From positions 1 through 64,000 of the forward strand of contig NIVC01000216.1 in NCBI GenBank assembly GCA_002269645.1: 64,000 nt of DNA, written 5' to 3'. This stretch comes from Macrostomum lignano. Its lineage: Eukaryota. Positions within the stretch are counted from its first letter, which is position 1; the number at the start of each line of letters is the position of its first letter. The position numbers and the translations under genes are program-made. Under the pieces are notes generated by a model. It was given only the letters and a program-made list of their open reading frames with translations, was not told where the DNA came from and made no database searches. Below, piece after piece: positions 36,001-48,060 of this stretch.

Positions 36001-39000
36001 AGAAACTCTAGGCGGATATTCAGAACAAGCGTCGGTCAGGTGAGAAGCCATACCTTCTCCACCATGACAATGCCCGTCCCCACACGGCCAGGAAGACAGT
36101 GGAGATGATTGAGCGGGCCAACTTCGAGCTTCTCCCACACCCACCCTACTCTCCGGATTTGTCACCAGCGGACTTCGCTATCTTTCCAAATATGAAGAAG
36201 CTGCTGCGAGGACGAATTTTTGCTTTTCGTGGGGATCTCGAGGCTCTGACTCGCCAAGTTCTCTTTCATGAGATGCCCCGCTCAGTCTTTGCTGATGCCA
36301 TTGACGACATGCACACCCGATGGCGTAAGTGTGCGCAGCGTGGTGGCGACTACGTAGAGAAGCCTCAAGACAATGTTGAATTGTTTGACAATGTTGAATA
36401 ATGCTGACAATGTTTGAATAACTTGAGAATGCCTACAGATAAACAAATAAATTAAAAGTCATTTTCACGGGCAGATAATTATCATAATTAATAATTAATC
36501 ATAATTATTATAATTATTTTAATTGCCATAGTCAGAATATTTCAGATTGCTTGAAAACGGCTGGAATGAAGAAAGTGCACGGACTTTTGGGACACCCCTC
36601 GTAGCTACTCATTAAAGTCTGTAGTATTGAATTTAGTAGACCAAAATGCATTGAAATGAGTGATAAAAAGCTTATAAATGAAGATATGAATCCTGAGCAT
36701 AAAACAGCCACTAACCTTATCGTCGAAGATGGCTTCAACTCGATCGTACGGCTCGTTAAATTCGTCCTCTTGAAAGCCGAAATGGTCAGGGAAATTGCTA
36801 GTCAATTGTTTAGCCTGAAACTCGGCGTAGGCGTGATGCAGCGCCTGCAGGGGTGACGCGTCGATCGAGTAGGGAGTTGAGTCGTCCTCCTGGCTGCTCA
36901 ACGGAGAGGCGACAATGACGCTTCGCCGATTGAGCTCGGCCAGATCCGACTCTGTCCAGGCCTTCCATCGTTCGCGCAACGATTCATCTAATTGGTTGAA
37001 CGCTTCGGCCAGGTGTTCCCGACTGCCGGTTCCGTTTGATGTCGCCGCCGTAGTCGTGGGAGTTGCGGCAGCCGCTAGGGCGTCGTTCAGACAGTTGGCC
37101 AAGCGGGCCAGGTGACCCAGGTAGCCGAGGCGGCGGCTGTTGCAGGTGGCGGCCGTCTGCTCTTTTCCAGCCTCCTTAGCACCATCAGCCGTGCCGTCTA
37201 GACTGTCGGCGCCGCCGCTGACGCTGCCCGCAACGGTTGGCTGAGCAAACGAGTCGAGCAGGCGGCCGAGCAGGTTGGCCTCCACAAGCAGTTGGCGAAG
37301 CAGCAGCGTCTGGGAGAGCGCATTGGTTCGGAGTTCAGAATAGGATTGTGCAGATACATTGTTAATATTAATCCCTTTAAACTTGATATATTTTGGCTGG
37401 CCTAACCTAAGGATCTGGGAGAGGCTGGCCTAACCTAAGGATGATCTGGGAGAGACTGGCCTAACCTAAGGATCTGGGAGAGGCTGGCCTAACCTAAGGA
37501 TCTGGGAGAGGCTGGCCTAGCTAACCTAAGGATCTGGGAGAGGCTGGCCTAACCTAAGGATCTGGGAGGGTGGCGGCTGTCCCAGCCACCGAGGAGCTTG
37601 TGAACTATCGAAGCAGATACCACAGTGCCGTAGAATAACTGCACAAACTTATTAACTTGACAAGCACTAGAACTCACCTGCGCCTCAGTCTGATCCTGAT
37701 TAGCGGGTTGAGCAGTGAGCACAGAGGTGCAGGACTGTTCAACAGCCTGGTGCAAGAATGTATTCCACGGATAAGCCAGCATGAGGCTTAGCAGTTGAGG
37801 CAAAGCGCCGCACTCGGCCACAGCTCGGCCAGCCAATGCGCTATTTGTGGACAGCAGGGAGCGGACCAGGCGGGCCACGTGCAGGCGGCACTGGCCGAGC
37901 GGCGGCTCCAGCTGCCCAGCCGTGGTCGGCATGCGCGCAAGGCGGTGGGGCGGCGGGGCGGACAGCAGGGCAGCCAGCTTCGGCAGGCGGGGCGACACCG
38001 CTTCAATGACGTTGAGAGCTGCCGCGGCTAGGCGTTCAGTCTCGGAGGCTGCGGTGGTTAGTTAAGGATGCAGTGAGTACCTGCTGTAGCTACTGAATCA
38101 CTTGTTCTGTGTTAGCCCAGCAACTGAGGATCTGGGAGGCTGGCCCAGCAACTGACACTCTGGGAGGCTGGCCCAGCAACTGACACTCTGGGAGGCTGGC
38201 CCAGCAACTGAGGATCTGAGAGGCTGGCCCAGCAACTGACACTCTGGGAGGCTGGCCCAGCAACTGACACTCTGGGAGGCTGGCCCAGCAACTGAGGATC
38301 TGAGAGGCTGGCCCAGCAACTGAGGATCTGGGAGGCTGGCCCAGCAGCTGAGGATCTGGGAGGCTGGCCCAGCAACTGAGGATCTGGGAGGCTGGCCCAG
38401 CAGCTGAGGATCTGGGAGGCTGGCCCAGCAACTGAGGATCTGGGAGGCTGGCCCAGCAACCGAGGATCTGGGAGCCTGGCCCAGCAACTGGGGATCTGGG
38501 AGGCTGGCGGAAGCCTAGCAACTGGGCGATCTGGGAGGCTGGCCCAGCAACTGGGGATCTGGGAGGCTGGCGGAAGCCTAGCAACTGGGCGATCTGGGAG
38601 GCTGGCGGAAGCCTAGCAACTGGGGGATCTGGGAGGTTGAGAGTAGCTTTTATATTTGCCGTCCAAACTCACCAGCCGGCTGCTGCTGCTGTTGCGCAAG
38701 CGCCATCGACGCGATGCTGCTGAAGTCGCCCAGATCGCCGGCCCCGTTGGCGCCCCGCCGGCCGTCCAGCAGCGCCAGCAGCACCTGAGCGCCGGCCGCC
38801 ACACCGGACTCGCTGGGCCCGCCCGCACCGTCCAGCATCTTGGCCAGCAGCTTCCCAGCCGTGTCGCCGCTCTCCAGCTGATCCAGCAGAGTTGCAGACG
38901 GGGTCGACGAAGCAGCCGATGAGCTGTTGGCGGCCTCTGACGAGTCCTGTGCAGCCGCGGCCAGGTCCCGGCAATAGGCGATGATGTTGATGAGGCACTG

Positions 39001-40839
39001 GGCACCGTTGTACTGCTCCTCAGGGCTGCGATCGCTGGCCAGAGTAGCCAGCAGTTTGTCTACTAGTCCGGTCTGGGCCAGCCAGGCAGCAACCTGAGTC
39101 GACTGCTGCTGCTGCAGCTGTTGGTACTGAAGGCCGTATTCGTCTACGGATCGCATGGTAACCACAGAAACTAAGAAATCCATCACCGCCGAGGTGCCCA
39201 TGTGACGAATTAATAAGTCGATGAATTCTTCGCCTTTAGAGGACAGATAAGCCAATAGCCGGTCGGACTGCTTGCGGGCTAGCAGTTGCATGACCTGGCG
39301 TATCCAATTACAGAGGGATAATTATGCATTTACAGAATATCATTCCTGTGAGAATAATGAGAGTCACAACTGGCGCTGGGACTGGCGCCATTCCTGTGAG
39401 AATAATGAGAGTCACAAGTGGCGCTGGGACTGGCGCCATTCCTGTGAAAATAATGAGAGTCACAACTGGCGCTGGGACTGGCGCCATTCCTGTGAGAATA
39501 ATGAGAGTCACAAGTGGCGCTGGGACTGGCGCCATTCCTGTGAAAATAATGAGAGTCACAACTGGCGCTGGGACTGGCGCCATTCCGTGAAAATAATAAT
39601 GAGACACAAGTGGCGCTGGGACTGGCGCCATTCCTGTCAGAATAATAATGAGACACAAGTGGCGCTGGGACTGGCGCCATTCCTGTCAGAATAATAATGA
39701 GTCACAACTGGCGCTGGGACTGGCGCCATTCCTGTCAGAATAATAATGAGTCACAAGTGGCGCTGGGACTGGCGCCATTCCTGTCAGAATAATAATGAGT
39801 CACAACTGGCGCTGGGACTGGCGCCATTCCTGTCAGAATAATAATGAGTCACAACTGGCGCTGGGACTGGCGCCATTCCTGTCAGAATAATAATGAGTCA
39901 CAAGTGGCGCTGGGACTGGCGCCATTCCTGTGAGAATAATGAGAGTCACAACTGGCGCTGGGACTGGCGCCATTCCTGTGAGAATAATGAGAGTCACAAC
40001 TGGCGCTGGGACTGGCGCCATTCCGTGAGAATAATAATGAGTCACAAGTGGCGCTGGGACTGGCGCTATTAGAAAGCTTAATATCAACATTTGAATATGA
40101 TTGCAATTTCTAACAACTTCAACGCGTTTCGCACGCCATGGTGCATCGTCAGGTTCGTCACATCGTCACAATGTTGATATTAAGCTTTCTATTTATTCTT
40201 CTCGCCAAGCGAGCGACTCTACCAGCACACTGGCGCTATTCCTCTGAGAATAATGAGAGTCACAACTGGCGCTGGGACTGGCGCCATTCCTGTCAGAATA
40301 ATAATGAGTCACAAGTGGCGCTGGGACTGGCGCCATTCCTGTCAGAATAATAATGAGTTACAACTGGCGCTGGGACTGGCGCCATTCCTGTGAGAATAAT
40401 GAGAGTCACAAGTGGCGCTAGGACTGGCGCCATCTCCAAGAAAGCCAAAACAGGCGCTACTCACCTTGGAGAAGAAGCTGGACAGCAGCGGGTTAAGCGG
40501 AGGCTCGCCCTTCAAAAAGTCGTACAGCTGGTCCAGGCGACGATTTTCCTTCACCAGGCCGGTCGTCAGGGCGTCGGCATCGCAGGCCAGCAGCTCGCAG
40601 CAGACGTTGGCCCGACGATAGCGCTGGCGATGGGGCAGCTCAGCGCTGGGCTCGGTCACTATAGCGTCAACTAGCTGATCAAGGATGGAGTCCTGAGCCA
40701 AGTAGGTTATGAGCTTCTGGTTCTGGGCTTTGCATTCTTGAATGACGCTTTCCTCTTCGAGTATTTCGGATAACTCTACGCCCTGTTTATCGAGCAGCGG
40801 CTCAATATTCGATATAATTGAGGGCATTTGCCAGAACAT
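33004..40839 (-). CDS. PPP6R3-like: Serine/threonine-protein phosphatase 6 regulatory subunit (SAPS/SIT4-associated family), about 919 aa, 5 exons
   Basis: Exons (minus) 40465-40839, 38673-39294, 37678-38048, 36716-37309 and 33004-33801; GT-AG and phase-consistent (2760 nt). N-terminus MFWQ...EEESVIQECKAQNQKLITYL...ANVCCELL...PLNPLLSSFFSKV matches SAPS proteins, as do EPPLGQCRLHVARLV, YPWNTFLHQAVE, YLGHLARLAN and an acidic low-complexity C-terminal tail. Confidence 0.93.
33937..34890. repeat. 50-bp homogeneous minisatellite (TAGCTACTCATTCAATTCAGTAGTATGGCATTCGGCTCCATGCTCTATTA) in SAPS intron 4
   Basis: About 19 near-identical head-to-tail units with no spacers. Confidence 0.95.
34891..36601 (+). 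mobile_element. mariner (DD34D) DNA transposon with long TIRs and TA target-site duplication
   Basis: TA|CGAGGGGTGTCCCAAAAGTCCGTGCAC... at the left end and its reverse complement ...GTGCACGGACTTTTGGGACACCCCTCG|TA at the right end. The inverted repeat extends about 158 bp (34891-35048 versus about 36412-36601, the right copy carrying a ~33-bp AT-rich insertion). The CGAGGG terminus resembles irritans-type elements as recalled. Confidence 0.95.
35188..36401 (+). pseudogene. disrupted mariner transposase
   Basis: HTH region (WIERFKDGQLSVSDQQRNGRP; LTVREIADMLG), WVPQLL, SGDETW, HDNARPH and YSPDLSPAD, with 34 residues between catalytic D2 and D3. There is a frameshift near 35525-35545 and an in-frame TAG at 36009-36011. 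The true start is uncertain. Confidence 0.9.
37395..37570. repeat. about 29-bp minisatellite (GGATCTGGGAGAGGCTGGCCTAACCTAA) in SAPS intron 3, variant of the 28-bp family
   Basis: About 5 units sharing GGATCTGGGA-GGCTGGCC. Confidence 0.85.
38113..38638. repeat. 28-bp minisatellite family in SAPS intron 2
   Basis: About 18 units. Confidence 0.93.
39340..40432. repeat. 49-50-bp minisatellite (CTGGCGCTGGGACTGGCGCCATTCCTGTGAGAATAATGAGAGTCACAA) in SAPS intron 1
   Basis: Two blocks (39340-40065 and 40230-40432) separated by about 165 bp of unique sequence. Confidence 0.92.
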
Positions 40840-40929
40840 GGTTGCGCTGCTGTTTAAGGGGCTGCAATGGTGTGAGATTGGGAGAGGCCTGCGTGAGTGG
40901 GGATAGACTGGGAATAGATAGGCGGGATT

Positions 40930-41285
40930 AGACAGGATGTAGACGGGGGATACTGAGAATAGAGGGATGTAGAAGATAGGGGACACTGAGAATAGAGGTT
41001 GGATCAGACACGGGGTGAGAAAAGAAGAGTTCTGATCAGAGACGGGTGAGAATAGATGAGTTCTGATCAAAGACGGATGAGAATAGATGTGTTCTGATTA
41101 GAGACGGCTAAGAATAGATGGATGCTGCTCAGACGGGTGAGAATAGATGGGTGCTGCTCAGAGACGGGTGAGAATATATGAGTTCTGATCAGAGACGGAT
41201 GAGAATAGATGAGTTGTGATTAGACGGATGAGAATAGATAGGTGCTGCTCAGAGACGGTTGAGAATAGATGTGTTCTGATTCGAG
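40930..41285. repeat. degenerate about 31-bp repeat (GAGACGGGTGAGAATAGATGAGTTCTGATCA)
   Basis: Degenerate tandem units just upstream of the SAPS ATG. Confidence 0.75.
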
Positions 41286-41569
41286 AAAGATGAAAAATAA
41301 TGATTCGAGATAAGCCAGAGGAAGGAATGTATGATAGGAAAGTTATAAGCTAATAGTTAAAATTAGTTAAGGGTAAAATTTAACTGGCAAATTTTGTTCA
41401 AAAGAACTAATGCTTCATTTGCAATGGCAAAAGCTGACACGAGTTTCTAAGAAACTTAACATTCTATAATCAACTACAGCAAGTCGATCCAAGAAAGGCA
41501 ATGTGAATGAGTAAAATTACAAGGTACAAAATGCTAAACAATGACATTTTCATCTGATCTTCATTCTCA

Positions 41570-42225
41570 TCTTTGGGATTAGAGATTATGACGTCATTGT
41601 CAATCACTTTTGGGATCTGGGACTATGACGTCATTGTCAATCATCTTTGGGATCTGAGACTATGACGCTATTGTCAATCATTCGAGAGATCTGGGACTAT
41701 GACGTCATTTTCAATCACCTTTGGGATCTGTGATTATGACGTCATTTTCAATCATATGTGAGATCTGGGATTATGACGTCATTTTCAATTATCTTTGGGA
41801 TCTGGGACTATGACGTCATTGTCAATAATATGTGAGATCTGGGACTATGACGTCATTGTCAATCATCTATGAGATCTGGGATTATGACGTCATTGTCAAT
41901 CATCTTTGGGATCTGGGACTATGACGTCATTGTCAATCATCTATGAGATCTGGGATTATGACGTCATTGTCAATCATCTTTGGGATCTGGGACTATGACG
42001 TCATTGTCAATCATCTATGAGATCTGGGATTATGACGTCATTGTCTATCATCCTATTAACTCAGGTATTTTGGACTATGACGTCATTGTCTATCATCCTA
42101 TTAACTCAGGTATTTTGGACTATGACGTCATTGTCTATCATCCTATTAACTCAGGTATTTTGGACTATGACGTCATTGTCTATCATCCTATGAACTCAGG
42201 TATTTTGGACTATGACGTCATCGCC
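41570..42225. repeat. 37-bp minisatellite carrying ATGACGTCAT (CRE palindrome) in nearly every unit
   Basis: About 16 perfect TGACGTCA copies counted by eye between the TYW5 stop and the SAPS start. Confidence 0.92.
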
Positions 42226-42296
42226 TAATAAACCTAGTTTATCTGAACAATTAGCAACTCTCCACAGAAGCAAATACAATAAGCTGCAGTTCTAGC

Positions 42297-44121
42297 TTAT
42301 TCAGCCGCACTCTGATCCTGCCCAGAGCCGGCACCGCCATCGCAGAGCCGCTCCCTGATGAGGTTGGCAAGCTGCACTCCGTACACGTGACAGTACTCAG
42401 GCGGCAGGCCTGAAGCTGTCACAGTCTTCAAACCGGATTGGAGACTCTGCATCAGGCGGGCAATAGGCACAGGCTCCTTGTTGCCATAGGCGTCTTTGAG
42501 ATCGTAGAGTTCGTCGCGTAGAGTTTTCCAGAACACGTTGACAGACAGGGTGTAGGTGACATTCAACACGGAGTGGAACCACATGGCCGGGATGTACAGG
42601 ACGTCGCCAGGAAGCAGGTCGCCAGTGAATGGCGTCGCTTTGGCGAAGTCGGGAAACTCGGCGGCGTCGTAATTGTCGGGATTGGCGACTCGACTCTTGT
42701 CGCCCACCTGTGAGGGCAGGGATTAATTGAGGCTGGTAATTCTCGGTGGGCGATTTTTGATGGGGTTTAAGGGCGATTATTGATGGGGTTTAAGGGCGAT
42801 TCTTGACGGGGTTTAAAGGCGATTCTTGACGGGGTTCAAGGGCGATTCTTGATGAGTTTTAAGCGCGTTTCTTGATGGGGTTCAAGGGCGATTCTTGATG
42901 AGGTTTAAGGGCGATTCTTGATGAGGTTAAGGACGATATTTGATGAGGTTTAGGGCGACTCTTAACACTGTTCACTAATAGGCGTTAATAAGCAAGTAAT
43001 ATCACAGCGATCTCCATACCAGATACAGATACTCAGCATCGTAGGGCGGATAAAGAGTTACGCGCTTGGTCCCGCAGACTCCGCACAGCAGGTTGTCCAT
43101 CACGTCGTAGTGCAGCCACAGGCGGAGGCCGGCGGAGGCTACACGCAGGACGGAGGAGAACTGCCGCTCTGACGGGTACAGCTGATCGGGCAGGCGCAAC
43201 TCAGGCGCCAGCTGCGGAAACTGGCGGGCCAGCTGGGCCGGCTCCGACCTGCTGTCGCCACCCAGAGCGCGCAGATAATACCTGGGATTGGGAGGCATGG
43301 GGCCAGGGTGAGCTGCGGCCCAGCAACTGAGGATCTGAGAGGCTGACCCAGCAACTGAGGATCTGGGAGGCTGGCCCAGCAACTGAGGATCTGAGAGGCT
43401 GGCCCAGCAACTGAGGATCTGGGAGGCTGGCCCAGCAACTGAGGATCTGAGAGGCTGGCCCAGCAACTGAGGATCTGGGAGGCTGGCCCAGCAACTGAGG
43501 ATCTGAGAGGCTGGCCCAGCAACTGAGGATCTGGGAGGCTGGCCCAGCAACTGAGGATCTGAGAGGCTGGCCCAGCAACTGGGGATCTGGGAGGCTGGCC
43601 CAGCAACTGAGGATCTGAGAGGCTGGCCCAGCAACTGAGGATCTGAGAGGCTGGCCCAGCAACTGAGGATCTGGGAGCCTGGCCTACCAACAAAGGATAG
43701 GGGAGGGTAGTGGCCCATCCCGAGATCCTAGACAGCAAGGACATAAAAGTACCGACCTCTCCTCAGGACACAGGAAGTACTCGCCCTCTGGCTGCACACT
43801 CCTGCTGGCCCGCTGCACCAGCTGAGCTAAGCTGACAGTCTTGTAGGCAAAATTCTTGGCAACAAAGTCCAGGTCGGCGTCCCGACTGACATGCACCTTG
43901 ACGGGGCAGTCGACGAACTCGGCGAAGCGCTCTGGCTTCGGCCAGGTATCTACACAGGGACCCAGGCTGAGGCCGCGAATGATGCAGGGCATGCGGGCGG
44001 CCACAGCTTCCTCCAGCTGCACGGTCGCCAGCAAGCTTTCGTCGGGAATTTCGCCGCTGGCGTCGACCGCGTTGCCGTCTTTTGGCTTTGGCGACACGTC
44101 TACGATGCGCAGTTTGACCAT
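42297..44121 (-). CDS. TYW5: tRNA wybutosine-synthesizing protein 5 (JmjC hydroxylase), about 345 aa, 3 exons
   Basis: Exons 43757-44121, 43020-43281 and 42297-42707; phase-consistent (1038 nt). Motifs [55 protein letters not shown] (HxD), [12 protein letters not shown] (distal His) and [12 protein letters not shown] all track human TYW5. An out-of-frame ATG lies 13 nt upstream of the predicted start. Confidence 0.95.
42745..42960. repeat. 23-bp minisatellite (GGGGTTTAAGGGCGATTCTTGAT) in TYW5 intron 2
   Basis: About 9 degenerate units. Confidence 0.85.
43315..43685. repeat. 28-bp minisatellite family in TYW5 intron 1
   Basis: About 13 units. Confidence 0.93.
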
Positions 44122-44219
44122 TGGAGGCGCGCATGAATAAGGGGCGCTTTGTGTAGTAGCTGATGGGCCTTGCTGTAGGACAGAGTAGGTTGAAGCTGCA
44201 TGCGGATAAGGACACTGGA

Positions 44220-44221
44220 TC

Positions 44222-44252
<31 letters not shown>

Positions 44253-44860
44253 GGATGGATAGATAGATAGATGGATGGATAGATAGATGGATGAATGGAT
44301 GGATGGATGGATGGATGGATGGATGGATGGATGGATGGATGGATAGATAGATAGATGGATGGATGGATAGATGGATGAATGGATGGATGGATGGATAGAT
44401 GGATGGATGGATGGATGGATGGATAGATGGATGGATGGATGGATGGATGGATGGATGGATGGATAGATGGATAGATGGATGGATGGATAGATGGATGGAT
44501 GGATAGATGGATGGATAGATGGATGGATAGATGGATGGATAGATGGATGGATGGATGGATAGATGGATAGATGGATAGATGGATGGATGGATGGATGGAT
44601 GGATAGATGGATGGATGGATAGATGGATGGATAGGTGGATAGATGGATGGATGGATGGATGGATAAATGGATGGATAGATGGATAGATGGATGGATGGAT
44701 AGATGGATGGATAGGTGGATAGATGGATGGATGGATGGATAGATGGATGGATGGATAGATGGGTAGATGGATGGATGGATAGATAGATGGATGGATGGAT
44801 GGATGGATGGATGGATGGATAGATAGATGGGTGGATGGATGGATGGATGGATGGATAGAT
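44220..44860. repeat. (GGAT)n/(GATA)n compound microsatellite
   Basis: Visible tetranucleotide run. Confidence 0.95.
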
Positions 44861-45864
44861 GAAATTTATTGCATAAATCTGAAAGAAATTTATAAAACAA
44901 AGTCACCAGTAGATCTTCAATGAGAGCGGTATAAACTGTTTCTTAATATAGTTATTATTAGCACAAAAGTCGTTAAAAAGAGATTGGAAGTCAGTAACGG
45001 AAGAGCTGAAACAAAGTACATGTAAAAATGAAAACAAGCTGAAAATTCAAAGCACAGATAAACAGTTTTGGCTGCAAACGAAACACTGCTGAAAGATATT
45101 CTGTTCGATAAAAATGGAATCAAATTGGTTGCAGCTAACCACAGATACTAGAATAACTAGATGGTCCACTCTGGCATATATACTTGGCAGAACAGCTTTC
45201 TACTTTCAGTTCAGTAGCAAAGAAGAATACATAAGCTATTTTATAAGAATAAGGCAGCTGAGATGACTTCGATAAGTTTAGAAGCCCAACCTTGCAGACG
45301 TAAACAGCTTGCTAATTGGTTCAGCCAAAATGTACATTAGCCACTGAAATGTACAGGGCAGATTTAGGCTGGAACAACCAAAGAAAGTAATAAAACTAGG
45401 TCGCGGGCCGGGGGTAGAGGTTCTATGAAGAGTTTGAGGGTTTAATAGCTTGGGGGGGGGTAAGAGCCAATAAATTAAGCTTTGCCTTTAAAAATACATT
45501 AAAATGCTTCTGTTTAACTTACTACTGAACTGAAAGTAGCTGGCACGCAAATGTGCCGAGTGGCCCATCTAGCTATTCTAGTAGCTGTGCAGCTAACATA
45601 TTGTGCACAATCAATCAAAAGCAATCACAGATGGATAAAAGGGCACTATATTATAATTATTTCTTGTGCTCCACCAAAAACTCTAACAGAGATTTCTTAA
45701 TGAAAGAAGTATCTAATGTAAATAGGCGTGTACAAAAAGAGAAAAAAAATGAAAAGCAGGATAGAAAACGTGTGCCCTTGTAGTACTTTTTTTTAAAAAT
45801 GAAGAAAACCAATAATATATGAATAACGGTTCAGAATCATAGAAGTGCTGTGTAATGTCTGGTG

Positions 45865-48060
45865 GCGGACACAGGCAGCGCACTGAAGGAGCTGGGGGAG
45901 GCGGGAGCGGAGACAGGCAGCGCACTGAAGGAGCTGGGGGAGGCGGGAGCGGAGACAGGCAGCGCACTGAAGGAGCTGGGGGGAGGCGGGAGCGGAGACA
46001 GACAGCGCACTGAAGGAGCTGGGGGGAGGCGGGAGCGGAGACAGGCAGCGCACTGAAGGAGCTGGGGGAGGCGGGAGCGGAGACAGACAGCACACTGAAG
46101 GAGCTGGGGGGAGGCGGGAGCGGAGACAGGCAGCGCACTGAAGGAGCTGGGGGGAGGCGGGAGCGGAGACAGGCAGCGCACTGAAGGAGCTGGGGGAGGC
46201 GGGAGCGGACACAGGCAGCGCACTGAAGGAGCTGGGGGAGGCGGGAGCGGAGACAGGCAGCGCACTGAAGGAGCTGGGGGAGGCGGGAGCGGAGACAGGC
46301 AGCGCACTGAAGGAGCTGGGGGAGGCGGGAGCGGAGACAGGCAGCGCACTGAAGGAGCTGGGGGAGGCGGGAGCGGAGACAGGCAGCGCACTGAAGGAGC
46401 TGGGGGAGACAGGAGCGGACACAGGCAGCGCACTGAAGGAGCTGGGGAGGGGGAGGCGGGAGCGCACACAGGCAGCGCACTGAAGGAGCTGGGGGGAGGC
46501 GGGAGCGGAGACAGGCAGCGCACTGAAGGAGCTGGGGGAGGCGGGAGCGGAGACAGGCAGCGCACTGAAGGAGCTGGGGGGAGGCGGGAGCGGAGACAGG
46601 CAGCGCACTGAAGGAGCTGGGGGGAGGCGGGAGCGGAGACAGGCAGCGCACTGAAGGAGCTGGGGGGAGGCGGGAGCGGAGACAGGCAGCGCACTGAAGG
46701 AGCTGGGGGAGACAGGAGCGGACACAGGCAGCGCACTGAAGGAGCTGGGGGGGGGCGGGAGCGCACACAGGCAGCGCACTGAAGGAGCTGGGGGGGGCGG
46801 GAGCGCACACAGGCAGCGCACTGAAGGAGCTGGGGGAGACAGGAGCGCACACAGGCAGCGCACTGAAGGAGCTGGGGGGGCGGGAGCGCACACAGGCAGC
46901 GCACTGAAGGAGCTGGGGGAGACAGGAGCGGACACAGGCAGCGCACTGAAGGAGCTGGGGGGGGGGCGGGAGCGCACACAGGCAGCGCACTGAAGGAGCT
47001 GGGGGAGACAGGAGCGGACACAGGCAGCGCACTGAAGGAGCTGGGGGGGGGGGCGGGAGCGCACACAGGCAGCGCACTGAAGGAGCTGGGGGAGACAGGA
47101 GCGGAGACAGGCAGCGCACTGAAGGAGCTGGGGGGAGGCGGGAGCGGAGACAGGCAGCGCACTGAAGGAGCTGGGGGGAGGCGGGAGCGGAGACAGGCAG
47201 CGCACTGAAGGAGCTGGGGGAGGCGGGAGCGGAGACAGGCAGCGCACTGAAGGAGCTGGGGGAGGCGGGAGCGGAGACAGGCAGCGCACTGAAGGAGCTG
47301 GGGGAGGCGGGAGCGGAGACAGGCAGCGCACTGAAGGAGCTGGGGGAGGCGGGAGCGGAGACAGGCAGCGCACTGAAGGAGCTGGGGGAGACAGGAGCGG
47401 ACACAGGCAGCGCACTGAAGGAGCTGGGGAGGGGGGAGGCGGGAGCGCACACAGGCAGCGCACTGAAGGAGCTGGGGGGAGGCGGGAGCGGAGACAGGCA
47501 GCGCACTGAAGGAGCTGGGGGAGGCGGGAGCGGAGACAGGCAGCGCACTGAAGGAGCTGGGGGAGGCGGGAGCGGAGACAGGCAGCGCACTGAAGGAGCT
47601 GGGGAGACAGGAGCGGACACAGGCAGCGCACTGAAGGAGCTGGGGGGGGCGGGAGCGCACACAGGCAGCGCACTGAAGGAGCTGGGGGGGCGGGAGCGCA
47701 CACAGGCAGCGCACTGAAGGAGCTGGGGGAGACAGGAGCGCACACAGGCAGCGCACTGAAGGAGCTGGGGGGCGGGAGCGCACACAGGCAGCGCACTGAA
47801 GGAGCTGGGGAGACAGGAGCGGACACAGGCAGCGCACTGAAGGAGCTGGGGGGGGGCGGGAGCGCACACAGGCAGCGCACTGAAGGAGCTGGGGGAGACA
47901 GGAGCGGACACAGGCAGCGCACTGAAGGAGCTGGGGGGGGGCGGGAGCGCACACAGGCAGCGCACTGAAGGAGCTGGGGGAGACAGGAGCGGACACAGGC
48001 AGCGCACTGAAGGAGCTGGGGGGGGGCGGGAGCGCACACAGGCAGCGCACTAAAGGAGCT
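45865..48060. repeat. 42-43-bp G-rich minisatellite (GGAGCGGAGACAGGCAGCGCACTGAAGGAGCTGGGGGAGGCG)
   Basis: About 52 units; explains the 737-794 aa minus-strand ORFs. Confidence 0.96.

Noticed and set aside
36009-36011. Programmed stop readthrough or frameshifting giving an active transposase
   Set aside because: Two independent lesions (frameshift plus TAG) and an apparently shortened linker are better explained by mutational decay.
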